Virus record (IMG/VR): IMGVR_UViG_3300034989_000018
From: an uncultured virus (IMG/VR IMGVR_UViG_3300034989_000018)
Taxonomy: Duplodnaviria; Heunggongvirae; Uroviricota; Caudoviricetes
Length of the DNA stretch: 64,000 nt
Direction: 5' to 3' (one strand)
A model generated the notes under the pieces. That model had not been told where the DNA came from. It worked only from the letters and a program-made list of their open reading frames with translations, and ran no database searches. Below are positions 10,078 through 21,040 of this stretch, in pieces. The position numbers were made by a program, and so were the translations under genes. Positions within the stretch are counted from its first letter, which is position 1. The number at the start of each line of letters is the position of its first letter.

Positions 10078-10446
10078 ATGGAAACTGTATTAAGTAAGTC
10101 TTTTATAGCAGCAGCCGATTATTCTACTACTGGTCAATATAGATTCGTATATCTTAGTGCTGCAGATACTGTAACCCTTTGTGGAGCAGGTACAATGCCT
10201 ATCGGTATTTTACAGAATAATCCTGAACAATACGCTATTGCAGAAGTTATGCTTTTAGGTATATCAAGATTATCTGTATCTGCTGCATGTGCATTAATGG
10301 CAAGATTAGAAAGTGCGGCAAATGGACAGGGCGTTACAACTACAACTGATAAAGACAATGTAGCAGCAGTAGTTATTCAAGAAGCAACTGCAGCAAATGA
10401 TGTTGTTAGAGTATTATTAACACCTGGTTGTATGTTAGCAGGTTAA
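10078..10446 (+). CDS. capsid cement/decoration protein (DUF2190-like)
   Basis: Small Ala/Gly-rich protein with IGILQN motif between protease and capsid genes. Confidence 0.7.
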   Translation: METVLSKSFIAAADYSTTGQYRFVYLSAADTVTLCGAGTMPIGILQNNPEQYAIAEVMLLGISRLSVSAACALMARLESAANGQGVTTTTDKDNVAAVVIQEATAANDVVRVLLTPGCMLAG

Positions 10447-10471
10447 TATTAGAGGAAAGGGGAGATTTTAA

Positions 10472-11422
10472 ATGACACCAACTACTAGTCAAGTGCATTA
10501 TGACCAAATTTTAGGAAACATTAGTATTTTATATAAAAATGGAGATTATATCGGTGATCAAATAGCACCAATAATTCCTGTGACTTTCAGGTCAGATCAT
10601 TATTATGTATTTTCAAAGGCAGACGAATTCAGAGATACAGCGCAGTATAGAGCACCAGGAACATCTTCAAATAGAGATGGATTTGGATTATCTACAGATT
10701 CATATGAATGTAAGGAAATAGCACAATCGACAAGATTAGAGGATGAAACCAGAGCAAATGCAGATGCAGTATTAAGAATAGAATCTGCAAAAACTAGATT
10801 TGTAACTAATAAAATTTCATTAAAAAATGAAGTTCTTTTAGAAGCATTATTTATGACAACAACAAACTGGGATAATTCAACAACACCTCCTGTAACATGG
10901 GATGATTACGATAACTCATACCCTATAACTGATTTTGAAACTGCTATTGATACTGTAGAATCAGGAAATGGATTATCTTGTAATACTTTTATATTAGCTA
11001 AAAATGTCTGGAAAAAATTAAAACATCATCCACAATTGATAGGTAGATTATCAAATGATACTACTAGAATATTATCATTAGATGATTTAAAAAGATTGTT
11101 TGATATAGAGTATATTTATATTGGTAAAGCAAGTAAGAATACTGCTCAAATAGGTCAAACCGCGTCTTATAGTAAAATATGGTCAAAAGATGTTTGGGTT
11201 GGATATATTAATAAAAATCCAGGTCTTGAGGAAGTATCAGCAGCTTACACTTATAAATGGGATTATACTAATTCTCCTGGTGGAGAGCCTGTTGGTATAG
11301 GTGGAGTAAGAAGATGGAGAGACGAAAATATTCATAGTGATATTATAGAAGCATATAGTAGTTTTGACCATAAAATTACTGCAAGTGATTTAGGTTATGT
11401 TATAGAAGGTGCAATAGCTTAA
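10472..11422 (+). CDS. major capsid protein
   Basis: 316 aa; ILGNISILYKN, LKHHPQL, IWSKDVW, AAYTY, DLGYVIEGAI motifs; position. Confidence 0.85.
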   Translation: MTPTTSQVHYDQILGNISILYKNGDYIGDQIAPIIPVTFRSDHYYVFSKADEFRDTAQYRAPGTSSNRDGFGLSTDSYECKEIAQSTRLEDETRANADAVLRIESAKTRFVTNKISLKNEVLLEALFMTTTNWDNSTTPPVTWDDYDNSYPITDFETAIDTVESGNGLSCNTFILAKNVWKKLKHHPQLIGRLSNDTTRILSLDDLKRLFDIEYIYIGKASKNTAQIGQTASYSKIWSKDVWVGYINKNPGLEEVSAAYTYKWDYTNSPGGEPVGIGGVRRWRDENIHSDIIEAYSSFDHKITASDLGYVIEGAIA

Positions 11423-11678
11423 TTAACATAACGTTTATATAAATACATTATGTTAGATTCAAAACATTTTAAAATATTAAGTATATTTCAGAATCTCATG
11501 AATCTCTTGATACTAGTGAATTATAACAAGATTCGCGAATCTAACACAATGTACTTGTGTTAGATTCAAATTAAGTGTTCCTATTTACAATTTTTGTAAA
11601 TAGAGGTCTTCAAATAAAATTTGAAGATATCCTGAGTATTTAAATACTCTGAGTTATCCTTTAAGGAGTGAAAAAATT

Positions 11679-13166
11679 ATGGGTTTAAACGATTTTAATG
11701 CGTATTTTAGAAATGTTACTACTAACAATCTAAAAGTAAATAAAAAAGCAGTATTAGGCAATCAAGCAATTTATGCTAACCAAGGTAATACATATTTTGT
11801 AGATTCTGGTGCTACAGGAGCAGCCGATACAAGAAGTGGGACATCATGGTCAACATGTTTAGCGACTCTTGATGGTGCTATAAATAAATGTACAGCAAAT
11901 CAAGGTGATGTAATTTTTGTAGCCGAAGGTCATACAGAAACTTATTCAACTACTGGTGTTAAAGCTACATTTGATACTGCAGGTATTACAGTTATTGGTT
12001 TAGGTACAGGTTCAGATAGGCCAACATTTAATTTTGGTCATGTAGATGCAACTTGGACAATTTCAGCAGGAAATATAACATTAGTTAACTTATTATTCTT
12101 AACTACTATTGATAGTGTTGTAACATTTGGTACTATCTCAGGTACAGATTGTACTATGATTAATTGTGAATCAAGAGATACTACTGATAAAGAAGTTCTT
12201 GATGCTTGGACAGTTGCTACAACTGCAAATAGATTTAAAGTAGATTCTTATAAACATATAGGATATATTGGTGGTAATGCCAATGATTCAGTATTTCAAT
12301 TATCTGGTGTAGATGATTTCATTATACAGAATTGTATATTTATGACTCAATCAGGTACTACAGCAGGTTCAGCAGTTATTGAATTAGCTACAGAATGTTT
12401 AAGAGGTCTTATAGATAATTGTGTATTTTATGTTGATGGTAAATCTGATTATTCAGATAATATAGTTGATACTGCAGGTACTTCAACAGTAATAGTAAGA
12501 AATTGTTATGATTTAGAAGCAGGTGGTAAATTTTCTGGTGGTGGTAATGGTTCTTCATTTAGTTTAGCAGGTGACGATGTTGGTACTCTTAGTACATCAT
12601 TAGCAACATTACAAGCTGAATTTTCTGGTGCGACAGGTATTGCATCATTTCCAGCAGCAGCAGCACCAGCAAATAATGTTTCAGCAGTAGAAGTAATAAG
12701 AGATATCTGGGAAGTATTAAGGAACGGTACAGGTGGAACTGAACCAGGTACAAATAGAAGTATTATAAATGATGTTAGAGACTACGGTTCAGGTAATGTA
12801 GTAACTAAAGACATTACTTATGATGGTTCAGTATCATATGATGCATTTACAGTTACTGGTGAAATTGCGGTAAAAGTTATAGGTGTTGTTACAACAGCAT
12901 TAACTAATCATGGAGATGGTACGTCTGTTGGAACTGCAACTTCTGCAGCAGGTTTAATTGCATCTACTGCAGGAACAGCGATGCAAACAATAGACCAAAT
13001 ATGGACAGATAATGCACCTTCTAAATTTGAAAGTTATCCAAGTACATATAGTTTATTAAATGAAAATATAGCTGTTGTTGGTACTGCTAATTTAGCAGCA
13101 GGTGTTGTTAAATTATATGCATTTTGGAAACCAATTTCATCAGATGGAAATTTAGTAGCTAGTTAA
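11679..13166 (+). CDS. putative head fibre/decoration protein with beta-helix domain
   Basis: TYFVDS...ATLDGAINKCTANQGDVIFVAEGHTE pectin-lyase-like start; Gly/Thr/Ala-rich. Confidence 0.65.
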   Translation: MGLNDFNAYFRNVTTNNLKVNKKAVLGNQAIYANQGNTYFVDSGATGAADTRSGTSWSTCLATLDGAINKCTANQGDVIFVAEGHTETYSTTGVKATFDTAGITVIGLGTGSDRPTFNFGHVDATWTISAGNITLVNLLFLTTIDSVVTFGTISGTDCTMINCESRDTTDKEVLDAWTVATTANRFKVDSYKHIGYIGGNANDSVFQLSGVDDFIIQNCIFMTQSGTTAGSAVIELATECLRGLIDNCVFYVDGKSDYSDNIVDTAGTSTVIVRNCYDLEAGGKFSGGGNGSSFSLAGDDVGTLSTSLATLQAEFSGATGIASFPAAAAPANNVSAVEVIRDIWEVLRNGTGGTEPGTNRSIINDVRDYGSGNVVTKDITYDGSVSYDAFTVTGEIAVKVIGVVTTALTNHGDGTSVGTATSAAGLIASTAGTAMQTIDQIWTDNAPSKFESYPSTYSLLNENIAVVGTANLAAGVVKLYAFWKPISSDGNLVAS

Positions 13167-13184
13167 TAAAGGTGGCGATATAAT

Positions 13185-13643
13185 ATGTCTTATTGTGGAT
13201 TAGTAGATGTGCAAAAATTATTAAAATGGTTTACATTTAGTTCTTCTTCAAAAGTAACATCAAGTGAAGTTACAAGTTATTTTATACCAGAAGCAGATAA
13301 AATAATAGATTCCAAATTACAAAGAGTTTATGTTGTTCCTATAACAAATGCAGATGATATAGAGATACTTAAATATATTTCATGTAGAATTGTAGCCTGT
13401 GAAATTGCTCATGTTTTAGTACTACAATCAAGTGGGGAAGTATCGCCTATAGTAGATGGATGGTGTGAACGAGCTAAAGAAAAATTAGATGCTATATTAA
13501 CACAAGATATATTATTACCTAATTCTACTTTATTGGACAATTCAGACGGCGGGAGATTATATTCTTTTACTGCACATGGTAGTAGTACATTAGGAGAAGA
13601 TGCACCTGACCCAGTATGGTATATAAATACAAACCAATGGTAA
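13185..13643 (+). CDS. head-tail adaptor (Mu gp36-like)
   Basis: MSYC...EADKIIDSKLQRVYVVPI pattern; position. Confidence 0.7.
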   Translation: MSYCGLVDVQKLLKWFTFSSSSKVTSSEVTSYFIPEADKIIDSKLQRVYVVPITNADDIEILKYISCRIVACEIAHVLVLQSSGEVSPIVDGWCERAKEKLDAILTQDILLPNSTLLDNSDGGRLYSFTAHGSSTLGEDAPDPVWYINTNQW

Positions 13644-13656
13644 AGGGGTGGTTTAA

Positions 13657-14124
13657 TTGTCTATTTATATAAATATAACTTTAGATGGTGTAAGAACAGC
13701 GACAAAAAAAATTGATAGGATAGCAAGTACAGTAAAAGACCTTACACCTGCCTTTAAAAAGATAGGTGATGACTTTAGGAAAACAGAAGATAGAGTTTTT
13801 AAAGGACAAGGTTATTATGGTTCAAGACCAGGGTGGAAACCATTGACTCTACAATATAGGAATTGGAAAAACGCCAATTTTCCAGGCAAACCAATATTAC
13901 AAATGACAGGTAAGTTAAGGAATTCATTAGCGACAAAAGGAAATAATCATGTTGAAAGAATTACTAAAAATTCAATAACAATAGGTACTAGCGATCGCAA
14001 GGCTATGTGGCATCAAAAAGGTAATAGTAGGGGTTTACCTGCTAGACCACCTATAACATTTACTAAATATCAAGGCGATAGATGGGCTAATATAATTAAA
14101 GATGAAATATTGAGAGGATTATAA
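13657..14124 (+). CDS. virion morphogenesis/tail completion protein (Mu gpG-like)
   Basis: WKPL...ILQMTGKLRNSL...WHQKG...LPARP motifs. Confidence 0.8.
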   Translation: MSIYINITLDGVRTATKKIDRIASTVKDLTPAFKKIGDDFRKTEDRVFKGQGYYGSRPGWKPLTLQYRNWKNANFPGKPILQMTGKLRNSLATKGNNHVERITKNSITIGTSDRKAMWHQKGNSRGLPARPPITFTKYQGDRWANIIKDEILRGL

Positions 14125-14126
14125 TT

Positions 14127-14594
14127 ATGAATACTGAATATATTTTAAATAATACAAAATCAATGTTAGAAGATAATTTATCTTCTATGCTTACTACTTT
14201 AAAAGTAGAAGCTAGTAGTTCAATTACTTCTCCTGCTCCTGCGGAATTTAATATCGGGGAATATGATCCTGATATATTAACTACATTTCCTTCAATATTA
14301 ATTTGGAGTCCTACGTCTGAAAAAATTACAGATGAATATGGATATCAAAATAGACGTGTATATATACATGTTTTAAGTTGGATTTTAGATAATGATAAAA
14401 ATGATTTACATATTCATTTAGTTAGATATGTTGATTCAGTATTGCGAATAATGAGAAATGAAACTAATTGGAATACAGGTTCGCATAATCCTGTTGTAGA
14501 GCGTTCAGATAATACTGATTTATATAGACAAGAAACTGTTGGATATGCTCAAGGTTGTTTAGTTGAAGCGACTGTAGATTATATCTTATCTTAA
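14127..14594 (+). CDS. putative tail terminator protein
   Basis: Size and position immediately before the tail tube gene. Confidence 0.55.
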   Translation: MNTEYILNNTKSMLEDNLSSMLTTLKVEASSSITSPAPAEFNIGEYDPDILTTFPSILIWSPTSEKITDEYGYQNRRVYIHVLSWILDNDKNDLHIHLVRYVDSVLRIMRNETNWNTGSHNPVVERSDNTDLYRQETVGYAQGCLVEATVDYILS

Positions 14595-14603
14595 TGAAAG
14601 GAA

Positions 14604-15503
14604 GTGAGTTTTATGACTATGACACCGTCAAACGTACATATAGGTGCAGGAACATTAACATTGAATCCTGACAGCTCACCTGTATCTTTTGAATCATCAC
14701 AAGATGGTGCAACATTATCGTATAATGCTGAAATTGAGCCAATTTCTGTAGACCAGGTATTATCACCAGTAGGATATTATATACCTGGTGAAGAATGTAC
14801 ATTTGAAATGATGGTTGTTGAATCAACTGCAATTACATTACAATATGCTCTTGGTGCAACTGATCAATCAGTTACTACTCAAGAAGCAGATGAAACACAT
14901 AAGGCATATACAGAAATTAAATTTGGTGGAAATTATACATTAACAGATTATGTTTTAGAATATAAAGCAAGAAAAAGAAACCAATCTAATTGCTATGTAG
15001 TAATTAGATTATATATTGTAAATATTAGCCCTAATCTTGAAGCAGTTTATAAGAAAGATGGAGTTACAGTTTATAAATTAACATTTAAAGCTGTTGCAGA
15101 TACTACAAAATCAGTAGGTCAACAGTTAGGATATTATAGAAATGAAACTTCTGATGTAACAACTGGAACACCTACATTAGCCGTTTCTAGCACTGACCCG
15201 GCAGATGCAGCATCGTCAGTAGCTATTGATGTAGGTACTATTGATATAGTATTTAATAGAAATGTTAGTCCACAATCTATTATAAGTGGTAATTTTGTAC
15301 TTATGACAGCAGCAGCAGTGGAACATACTACAACTGTGGCATTTACAGGTGATGCAGGGACAAATGTAACTGTAACAATAGTAGGCAATTTATCAAATAG
15401 TACTACATATATACTGGTAATCAGTGAAAATGTAAGAGCATTAGACGATGATCAAGGAATGGCGGCAGATAAAATTATAGATTTTGAAACGGCTGCGCCA
15501 TAA
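14604..15503 (+). CDS. major tail (tube) protein with C-terminal Ig-like domain
   Basis: NVHIGAGTL tube-like start; C-terminal VSSTDPADAA...IVFNRNV...LSNSTTYILVI Ig-like (Big_5-type) pattern. Confidence 0.8.
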   Translation: MSFMTMTPSNVHIGAGTLTLNPDSSPVSFESSQDGATLSYNAEIEPISVDQVLSPVGYYIPGEECTFEMMVVESTAITLQYALGATDQSVTTQEADETHKAYTEIKFGGNYTLTDYVLEYKARKRNQSNCYVVIRLYIVNISPNLEAVYKKDGVTVYKLTFKAVADTTKSVGQQLGYYRNETSDVTTGTPTLAVSSTDPADAASSVAIDVGTIDIVFNRNVSPQSIISGNFVLMTAAAVEHTTTVAFTGDAGTNVTVTIVGNLSNSTTYILVISENVRALDDDQGMAADKIIDFETAAP

Positions 15504-15526
15504 TATAGGAAGAGAGGTTTATTAAC

Positions 15527-15985
15527 GTGAATAAAAATGAAAAATTAAAAATATATGAGAAATTTAAGGAAAGAAAAGAAGAAGATGTTATAAAAAATGC
15601 AGGAGAAACTTATAATTTTGGGAATACTACAGTAACTATAAAAGAATTACCCTGGTTAAAAGCAGATGAATTCGAAAATGTTGTCTTAAAATATATTAAA
15701 CAATTGTCAAATATTTTGAAGATGGAAATAAATGAAGAAGATTCATTATTTTCAATATTAAAAAAAATAAATATTGGTGAATTATTAGAAAAAGTAATGA
15801 AAGATATTTTAAGAGATGGTTTAGTTGAATTAGCAACAATAGCTACTCAAGGTGAAGTTACAATGGATACTATTATATCATCTAATGCAACAAAAAGAGA
15901 AGTGGGTAATATAGTAACTAAAGCTATTTCCTTAAATTATGAGTACTTAAAAAACTTGATTCCCCTAGCAACTCAATCATTATAG
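15527..15985 (+). CDS. tail assembly chaperone (gpG-like)
   Basis: Between tube and tape measure genes; ends at slippery site A AAA AAC (15949-15955). Confidence 0.75.
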   Translation: MNKNEKLKIYEKFKERKEEDVIKNAGETYNFGNTTVTIKELPWLKADEFENVVLKYIKQLSNILKMEINEEDSLFSILKKINIGELLEKVMKDILRDGLVELATIATQGEVTMDTIISSNATKREVGNIVTKAISLNYEYLKNLIPLATQSL

Positions 15986-16242
15986 AGTCTTATGAGTCGC
16001 AAGGATGGGGTGATGTATTTGATTTATTAATGAATCAATATACATGGTCTTTAGAATATTGTATGAATTTAACTAGAGGTCAAATAGCATTATTTATAAA
16101 TAAAATAAATAAAAGAAGACTTGAAGATATAAATTTCCAAAAAGCTATTCATGGTATCAAACCGGATAGAAAAGGCTTGAATCTTGAAGGTGCTGTTCCA
16201 ATAGAAGATATATTGGACGAACAAGAAACATTACCAATGTAA
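15949..16242 (+). CDS. -1 frameshift extension of tail assembly chaperone (gpGT-like)
   Basis: The -1 frame is open from the slippery heptamer into ORF 16030-16242. Confidence 0.75.
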   Translation, partial: KKLDSPSNSIIIESYESQGWGDVFDLLMNQYTWSLEYCMNLTRGQIALFINKINKRRLEDINFQKAIHGIKPDRKGLNLEGAVPIEDILDEQETLPM

Positions 16243-16293
16243 CCGATTTATTTTTTTATAAATCGGTTTATTTTATAGAAAGGAGGTTTTATT

Positions 16294-19038
16294 ATGGCTA
16301 CTACTACAATCGGCGATTTGTTGTTAAGAATGGAAGTAAATGGTGATAGACAAGTATTAACAGCTTTACAAAGAATCATAAGATATACTGATAATGTAAG
16401 TAGGTCTACAAGAAATTTTGGAAATACTTCAAGAACTGCTAATCAACTATCAAGTATATTTAAGACTACATTAAAAAGTATGATAGGTGTTTTTGCAGCA
16501 TTAAAAATAGCTAATATCGCAGGAGATGCGATAAGTTATTTTGTTGATCAAATAAAACAAGGAATTAAAAGGGGTTTAGAATATAATACAGAACTTGAAT
16601 ATACTACAGCAGCAATAGAAGCATTAGTCGGAAGTACAAGTAAAGCAAAAAAAATGACTCAAGAAATGATAATTTTAGCAGCAGAAACGCCGTTCCAGAT
16701 TACTCATTATGCGAAAGCAAGTAAGACTTTACTAGGTTATGGAGTTGCACAAGAAGATGTAATAGATTCTATGAAGATGCTAGGTAATATTTCATTAGGT
16801 AATACCACTGCATTTGATAGATTATCTTTAGCTTATGGACAGATAATATCTAAAGGTAAACTTCAAGCAGAAGAAGTAAGACAGATGGTAAACCAGGGAT
16901 TTAACCCTTTGAAATTTATAGCAGAGAAAACAGGGGAGTCACTTGGAGAACTACAAGCAAGGATGAAAAAAGGAAAAGTAACATCAGATGAAGTAACAAA
17001 AGCATTACAAAGAGCTACTAGTGGCTCAGGTAGATTTAAAAACACTATGGAAGCATTGAGTAATACTTATAAAGGTCAAAGTGAAAAGATAAAAGAATAT
17101 GGAGATATATTTTGGGGAAAAGTAACAAAACCATTATACGATATATTAGCATCAGAAGTATTACCTGCGGTATTAGCTGGGGTTAAAAGATTAACTGCAG
17201 GAGTTGATGTTGTTTATAATACGTTAGGGAAAGTAATATCTAAAGTAGTTAAATTTTTTAAAGCATTTGTAACAGGAGATACTCACGCAATTTATGAATC
17301 ATTAAAAAATTTAATACCTAAAGAATTTCAAAACTTATTGTTTAAAGCATATGTAATCATTCTAAAATTAAGGAATGGATTAGGATTTTTAGCAGATAAA
17401 GCAGAAGTTGCATTTAGTAAATTAAAAAGTAAAGCAGGAGATGCATTAAATTATTTTAAAGATATGTTTGAATCTAAAGCATTACCCGCAATTGAAGATA
17501 TGATTAATGCTCTTGTTAAAATGGATATGAAACCATTTTTAGATGCTTTTAATGCTTTAAAAAATTATTTAAAATCATTAGAACCAACAATAGAAAAAGT
17601 AGCAAAGTTCTTTATAAAATTATTTATAAATAGTATGACAGAAGGCTCTAAAATTATTAAATTTTTTGCGGATAACTTAGGTAGTATAGTCGACCATATA
17701 ATATCATTTGCTAAAACAATGAGAAATTTATATACAGGAGCTATAAAAATCGTGCTAGATGGATTAAAAGACTTTGACATGGCAACTATAAGCAATGCAT
17801 GGGATAAATTCAAACAATCATTCGCAGGATTAACACCTTTATTTAAAGTATTAGGAGTTATACTAGGTGTAGTAACTGCATTATTAAGAGGAGTATTCTT
17901 AGGTTCATTAAAAGGTATTATTGCATCATTTGATAATGTAATAGCAGTAGTATTAAATCTAGCAACTGCATTAATTAGTTTTATTGGTTTTTTTGTACAA
18001 GGTTTTATAGCTATTTTCACAGGTAATGCCGAAAAAATGGACGAACTTTGGAGTCAAATGTGGCAAAGTTTGAAAGATGCAGTAATCAACTTTGGTATAG
18101 CGATATGGGACGTTCTCAAAAGTGTAGTAACTGGAATTATAGACTTTTTTAAACTGTTATATAATGAATTAATAGGTCATTCAATTATACCTGATATGAT
18201 TAATGGAATAATTAATTGGTTTAAAAAATTACCTAAAAAATTATTAAATATAGTATCAAATATATTTAATTCAGTAAAAAATAAATTTAATAATATGAAA
18301 AATACTGTAGTACGTATTTCAAGTGGTATTTATTCAGGTGCTAAAGATAAATTTAATAGCATGAAAAGTGCTGTAGTAAAAGTAATAGGTAATTTATATT
18401 CAGGTGTTAAAAATAAATTTAATAGTATGAAAAGTACTGCCAGCAATATTTTTTCAAGTATATATAATACTGTAAAAAGTAAAATTTCATCTATGAGAAA
18501 TATTGTAAATGATAAAGTTAATTCAATAAAAACTATATTTAGTAAACTTAAAACTAAAATAAAAGATTTAACAAACTTTAGTTTATTTAAATCAGGTAAA
18601 AATTTGATACAAACTCTTATAAATGGAATAAAAAACAAAATTCAATCGGTTAAAAATGTAGTCAATTCAATATCTTCTACTATTAAAAGTTATTTAGGAT
18701 GGACTTCACCTACTAAAGAGGGTGCGGGCAAAGATAGTGATGAATGGATTCCTAATTTAATGAACATGATGCTAGATGGATTTAAAGAATATAAGAAAAA
18801 ACTTGCTAATGCTGCTAATATGGTATCTGGTAATATATCAGCAGGTCTAACAGGTATGGTGAATGGTATTAGCAATAGTATACCTGGTATAACAACAGCT
18901 ACACCCGGTAATGTATCATCAAGTAATGCTATTGTATTAAATGTTTATGCTGATTCTATGACTAATGGTAGAGCAGTTGGAAAACAATTAGTAAAAGAAT
19001 TGAATGATTTAGGTGTTCTGACTCACAAAGGAGGTTAA
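16294..19038 (+). CDS. tail tape measure protein
   Basis: AAETPF, LAYGQIISKGKLQAEEVRQM tape-measure domain; long amphipathic repeats; SPTKEG end motif. Confidence 0.93.
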   Translation: MATTTIGDLLLRMEVNGDRQVLTALQRIIRYTDNVSRSTRNFGNTSRTANQLSSIFKTTLKSMIGVFAALKIANIAGDAISYFVDQIKQGIKRGLEYNTELEYTTAAIEALVGSTSKAKKMTQEMIILAAETPFQITHYAKASKTLLGYGVAQEDVIDSMKMLGNISLGNTTAFDRLSLAYGQIISKGKLQAEEVRQMVNQGFNPLKFIAEKTGESLGELQARMKKGKVTSDEVTKALQRATSGSGRFKNTMEALSNTYKGQSEKIKEYGDIFWGKVTKPLYDILASEVLPAVLAGVKRLTAGVDVVYNTLGKVISKVVKFFKAFVTGDTHAIYESLKNLIPKEFQNLLFKAYVIILKLRNGLGFLADKAEVAFSKLKSKAGDALNYFKDMFESKALPAIEDMINALVKMDMKPFLDAFNALKNYLKSLEPTIEKVAKFFIKLFINSMTEGSKIIKFFADNLGSIVDHIISFAKTMRNLYTGAIKIVLDGLKDFDMATISNAWDKFKQSFAGLTPLFKVLGVILGVVTALLRGVFLGSLKGIIASFDNVIAVVLNLATALISFIGFFVQGFIAIFTGNAEKMDELWSQMWQSLKDAVINFGIAIWDVLKSVVTGIIDFFKLLYNELIGHSIIPDMINGIINWFKKLPKKLLNIVSNIFNSVKNKFNNMKNTVVRISSGIYSGAKDKFNSMKSAVVKVIGNLYSGVKNKFNSMKSTASNIFSSIYNTVKSKISSMRNIVNDKVNSIKTIFSKLKTKIKDLTNFSLFKSGKNLIQTLINGIKNKIQSVKNVVNSISSTIKSYLGWTSPTKEGAGKDSDEWIPNLMNMMLDGFKEYKKKLANAANMVSGNISAGLTGMVNGISNSIPGITTATPGNVSSSNAIVLNVYADSMTNGRAVGKQLVKELNDLGVLTHKGG

Positions 19039-19041
19039 ATA

Positions 19042-20505
19042 ATGGGTATAAGACATGTATATCTTGGTGGAAATAAAGATACAGGTACAGAAGTACAAAT
19101 TGAACAAAATACATGGTCTGTTAATGAAAATGTTGGTACTAAATCAACTTTTTCATTTACCATTAAATATTTGAATGGTGCAACAATTGATGCTGGTACA
19201 GAAGTTACATTCTATGAAGATACTACTTTTTTATGGGGAGGGTATATAAAAGATTTAGATGATTATTCACCAAGTATAGGAAGATTAGAATATAGTGTTG
19301 TTGCTACAGATTATAATGAATTAGTGGAAAGAATTTTAATTGTAAAAGGATTTAGTAATTATACTATAACTGAGATGGTGACATATTTGATAGATAATTT
19401 CTTTGCAAGTTATGGTATTACAGCAGGTACAATAACACCTACGACTATTATAAATAAAGTACCTTTTTCATATGTATATGGTAATTCTGCTTTAAATCAT
19501 TTAAAAAGTTTTGGTAACTATGTTTGGAATGTAAATAAGAGTAAACAATTATCTTTTCAAATTATAGGATATTCTATATCAAGTACTCCTATTGTTGATT
19601 CATCATTGACAAGTATTATAAATAATTTTAGAAGAAAAAGAACAATGGAAAATTATAGAAACAGACAATACGTAAAAGGTCAAGATAGATTATCTGTAGT
19701 GCAGTCACAAAAAAAACCTACTCCGCCACCTGATTCTAGTAGCAGAGAATTTTTTGTTAAATATAAAATTGGTTTAGAACCTTTGATAGAAGTTAATACA
19801 GGTAGTGGATGGGTAGTACAAGATGTCGGTGTCAGGGGACTGGATGAAGGAGAAAGTAAACAATGGTGGTGGAGTTATGGAAGTTCTCAATTAACACATG
19901 ACGAGAATGAATCAGTGTTAACAGCAACAGACCAAATAAGGGTTACATATTATGGTCTTATACCATTAATCATTGTTGCACATGATACAAATGAAATAGC
20001 AACAAGAGGTTATTATGATGCTTATGCATACAACAGCAAATTAGAAGACTTAACAGATGCATTACAGTATGGTCATAATCTACTTGAAAAATATGCTAAT
20101 ACAGCAGATACATTTACTTATAGAACATATAGCAAAATATATGAACCAGGTGAGCAAGTATTAGTAAATATGAGTGATTTAAGAACTGTATATGAATACT
20201 TTTTAATAAAAAGTTGTACATGGACTCCTAGGAGTGTTAATGCAATAACGTATGATTATGAAATTTTAGATAGTCCGAATACTGGTGGATGGGAAGATTT
20301 TTTCAAGAATCTTATTGAAGCATCAAGAATAAGTGTAGATACTGATGAAATAGTAGTTTATGTACATGATATAGATGAAACAATATCTCAAGCAGGTCAA
20401 TATGTGTTTAGTAAAATAGACCCTCTTGAACCTGCTGATACATTATTTCCAAGTGATAGTTTAGTACCTGGTGCAATTGTTGATACTGATACTGTAAATG
20501 ATTAG
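19042..20505 (+). CDS. tail tip/baseplate hub-like protein
   Basis: Directly after tape measure; beta-rich, YRNRQYVKG. Confidence 0.65.
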   Translation: MGIRHVYLGGNKDTGTEVQIEQNTWSVNENVGTKSTFSFTIKYLNGATIDAGTEVTFYEDTTFLWGGYIKDLDDYSPSIGRLEYSVVATDYNELVERILIVKGFSNYTITEMVTYLIDNFFASYGITAGTITPTTIINKVPFSYVYGNSALNHLKSFGNYVWNVNKSKQLSFQIIGYSISSTPIVDSSLTSIINNFRRKRTMENYRNRQYVKGQDRLSVVQSQKKPTPPPDSSSREFFVKYKIGLEPLIEVNTGSGWVVQDVGVRGLDEGESKQWWWSYGSSQLTHDENESVLTATDQIRVTYYGLIPLIIVAHDTNEIATRGYYDAYAYNSKLEDLTDALQYGHNLLEKYANTADTFTYRTYSKIYEPGEQVLVNMSDLRTVYEYFLIKSCTWTPRSVNAITYDYEILDSPNTGGWEDFFKNLIEASRISVDTDEIVVYVHDIDETISQAGQYVFSKIDPLEPADTLFPSDSLVPGAIVDTDTVND

Positions 20506-20516
20506 GAGGGATTAAT

Positions 20517-21035
20517 TTGTATATTATACATAAAAAATTAGAAAAAAAACACCCTATAATAACAAAATCAAAATCTATAGAAACATCTAAGATTGATGGA
20601 ATATATAATTTTTTTTCAATTAAAGATGGATTGAAGAAAAAAATTGATGAAAAGCATAATCTTGTAATGACAGATGTACATTATAGAATAGCTAGAGCAT
20701 TTTTAGGATATTCATTAAGTTTTTATTATGAAATTAAATATTGTGCTATAGGTACAGATAATACAGCAGTTACGGCGACCGACCCTATACTTGGCACAGA
20801 AGTATTTAGGACTCCATATGTAAGTTTAACAAATGCTACTACTACAACGGTGAATGCTACATTTTATATAATTACAACAGATTATACAGGTTCTATTGAA
20901 GAAGTAGGTTTATTCTGTGGAAGTTCGGCAACATCTGCAGCAGATACAGGTAACTTATTATCTCATGTATTATGGAGTTATACTAAATCTAGTGGAGAAG
21001 AATTATTAATAGAATATACAATGACATTAAGTTAA
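20517..21035 (+). CDS. tail-associated protein
   Basis: HNLV...YCAIGTDNTAVTATDPILGTEVFR...IEEVGLF pattern common in tail-fibre-adjacent proteins. Confidence 0.7.
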   Translation: MYIIHKKLEKKHPIITKSKSIETSKIDGIYNFFSIKDGLKKKIDEKHNLVMTDVHYRIARAFLGYSLSFYYEIKYCAIGTDNTAVTATDPILGTEVFRTPYVSLTNATTTTVNATFYIITTDYTGSIEEVGLFCGSSATSAADTGNLLSHVLWSYTKSSGEELLIEYTMTLS

Positions 21036-21040
21036 AGGAG

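Noticed and set aside
17565..18875. Minus-strand ORFs within the tape measure gene (and similar ones in head, tail, primase and polymerase genes)
   Set aside because: Antisense shadows of well-supported genes, without RBS or motifs
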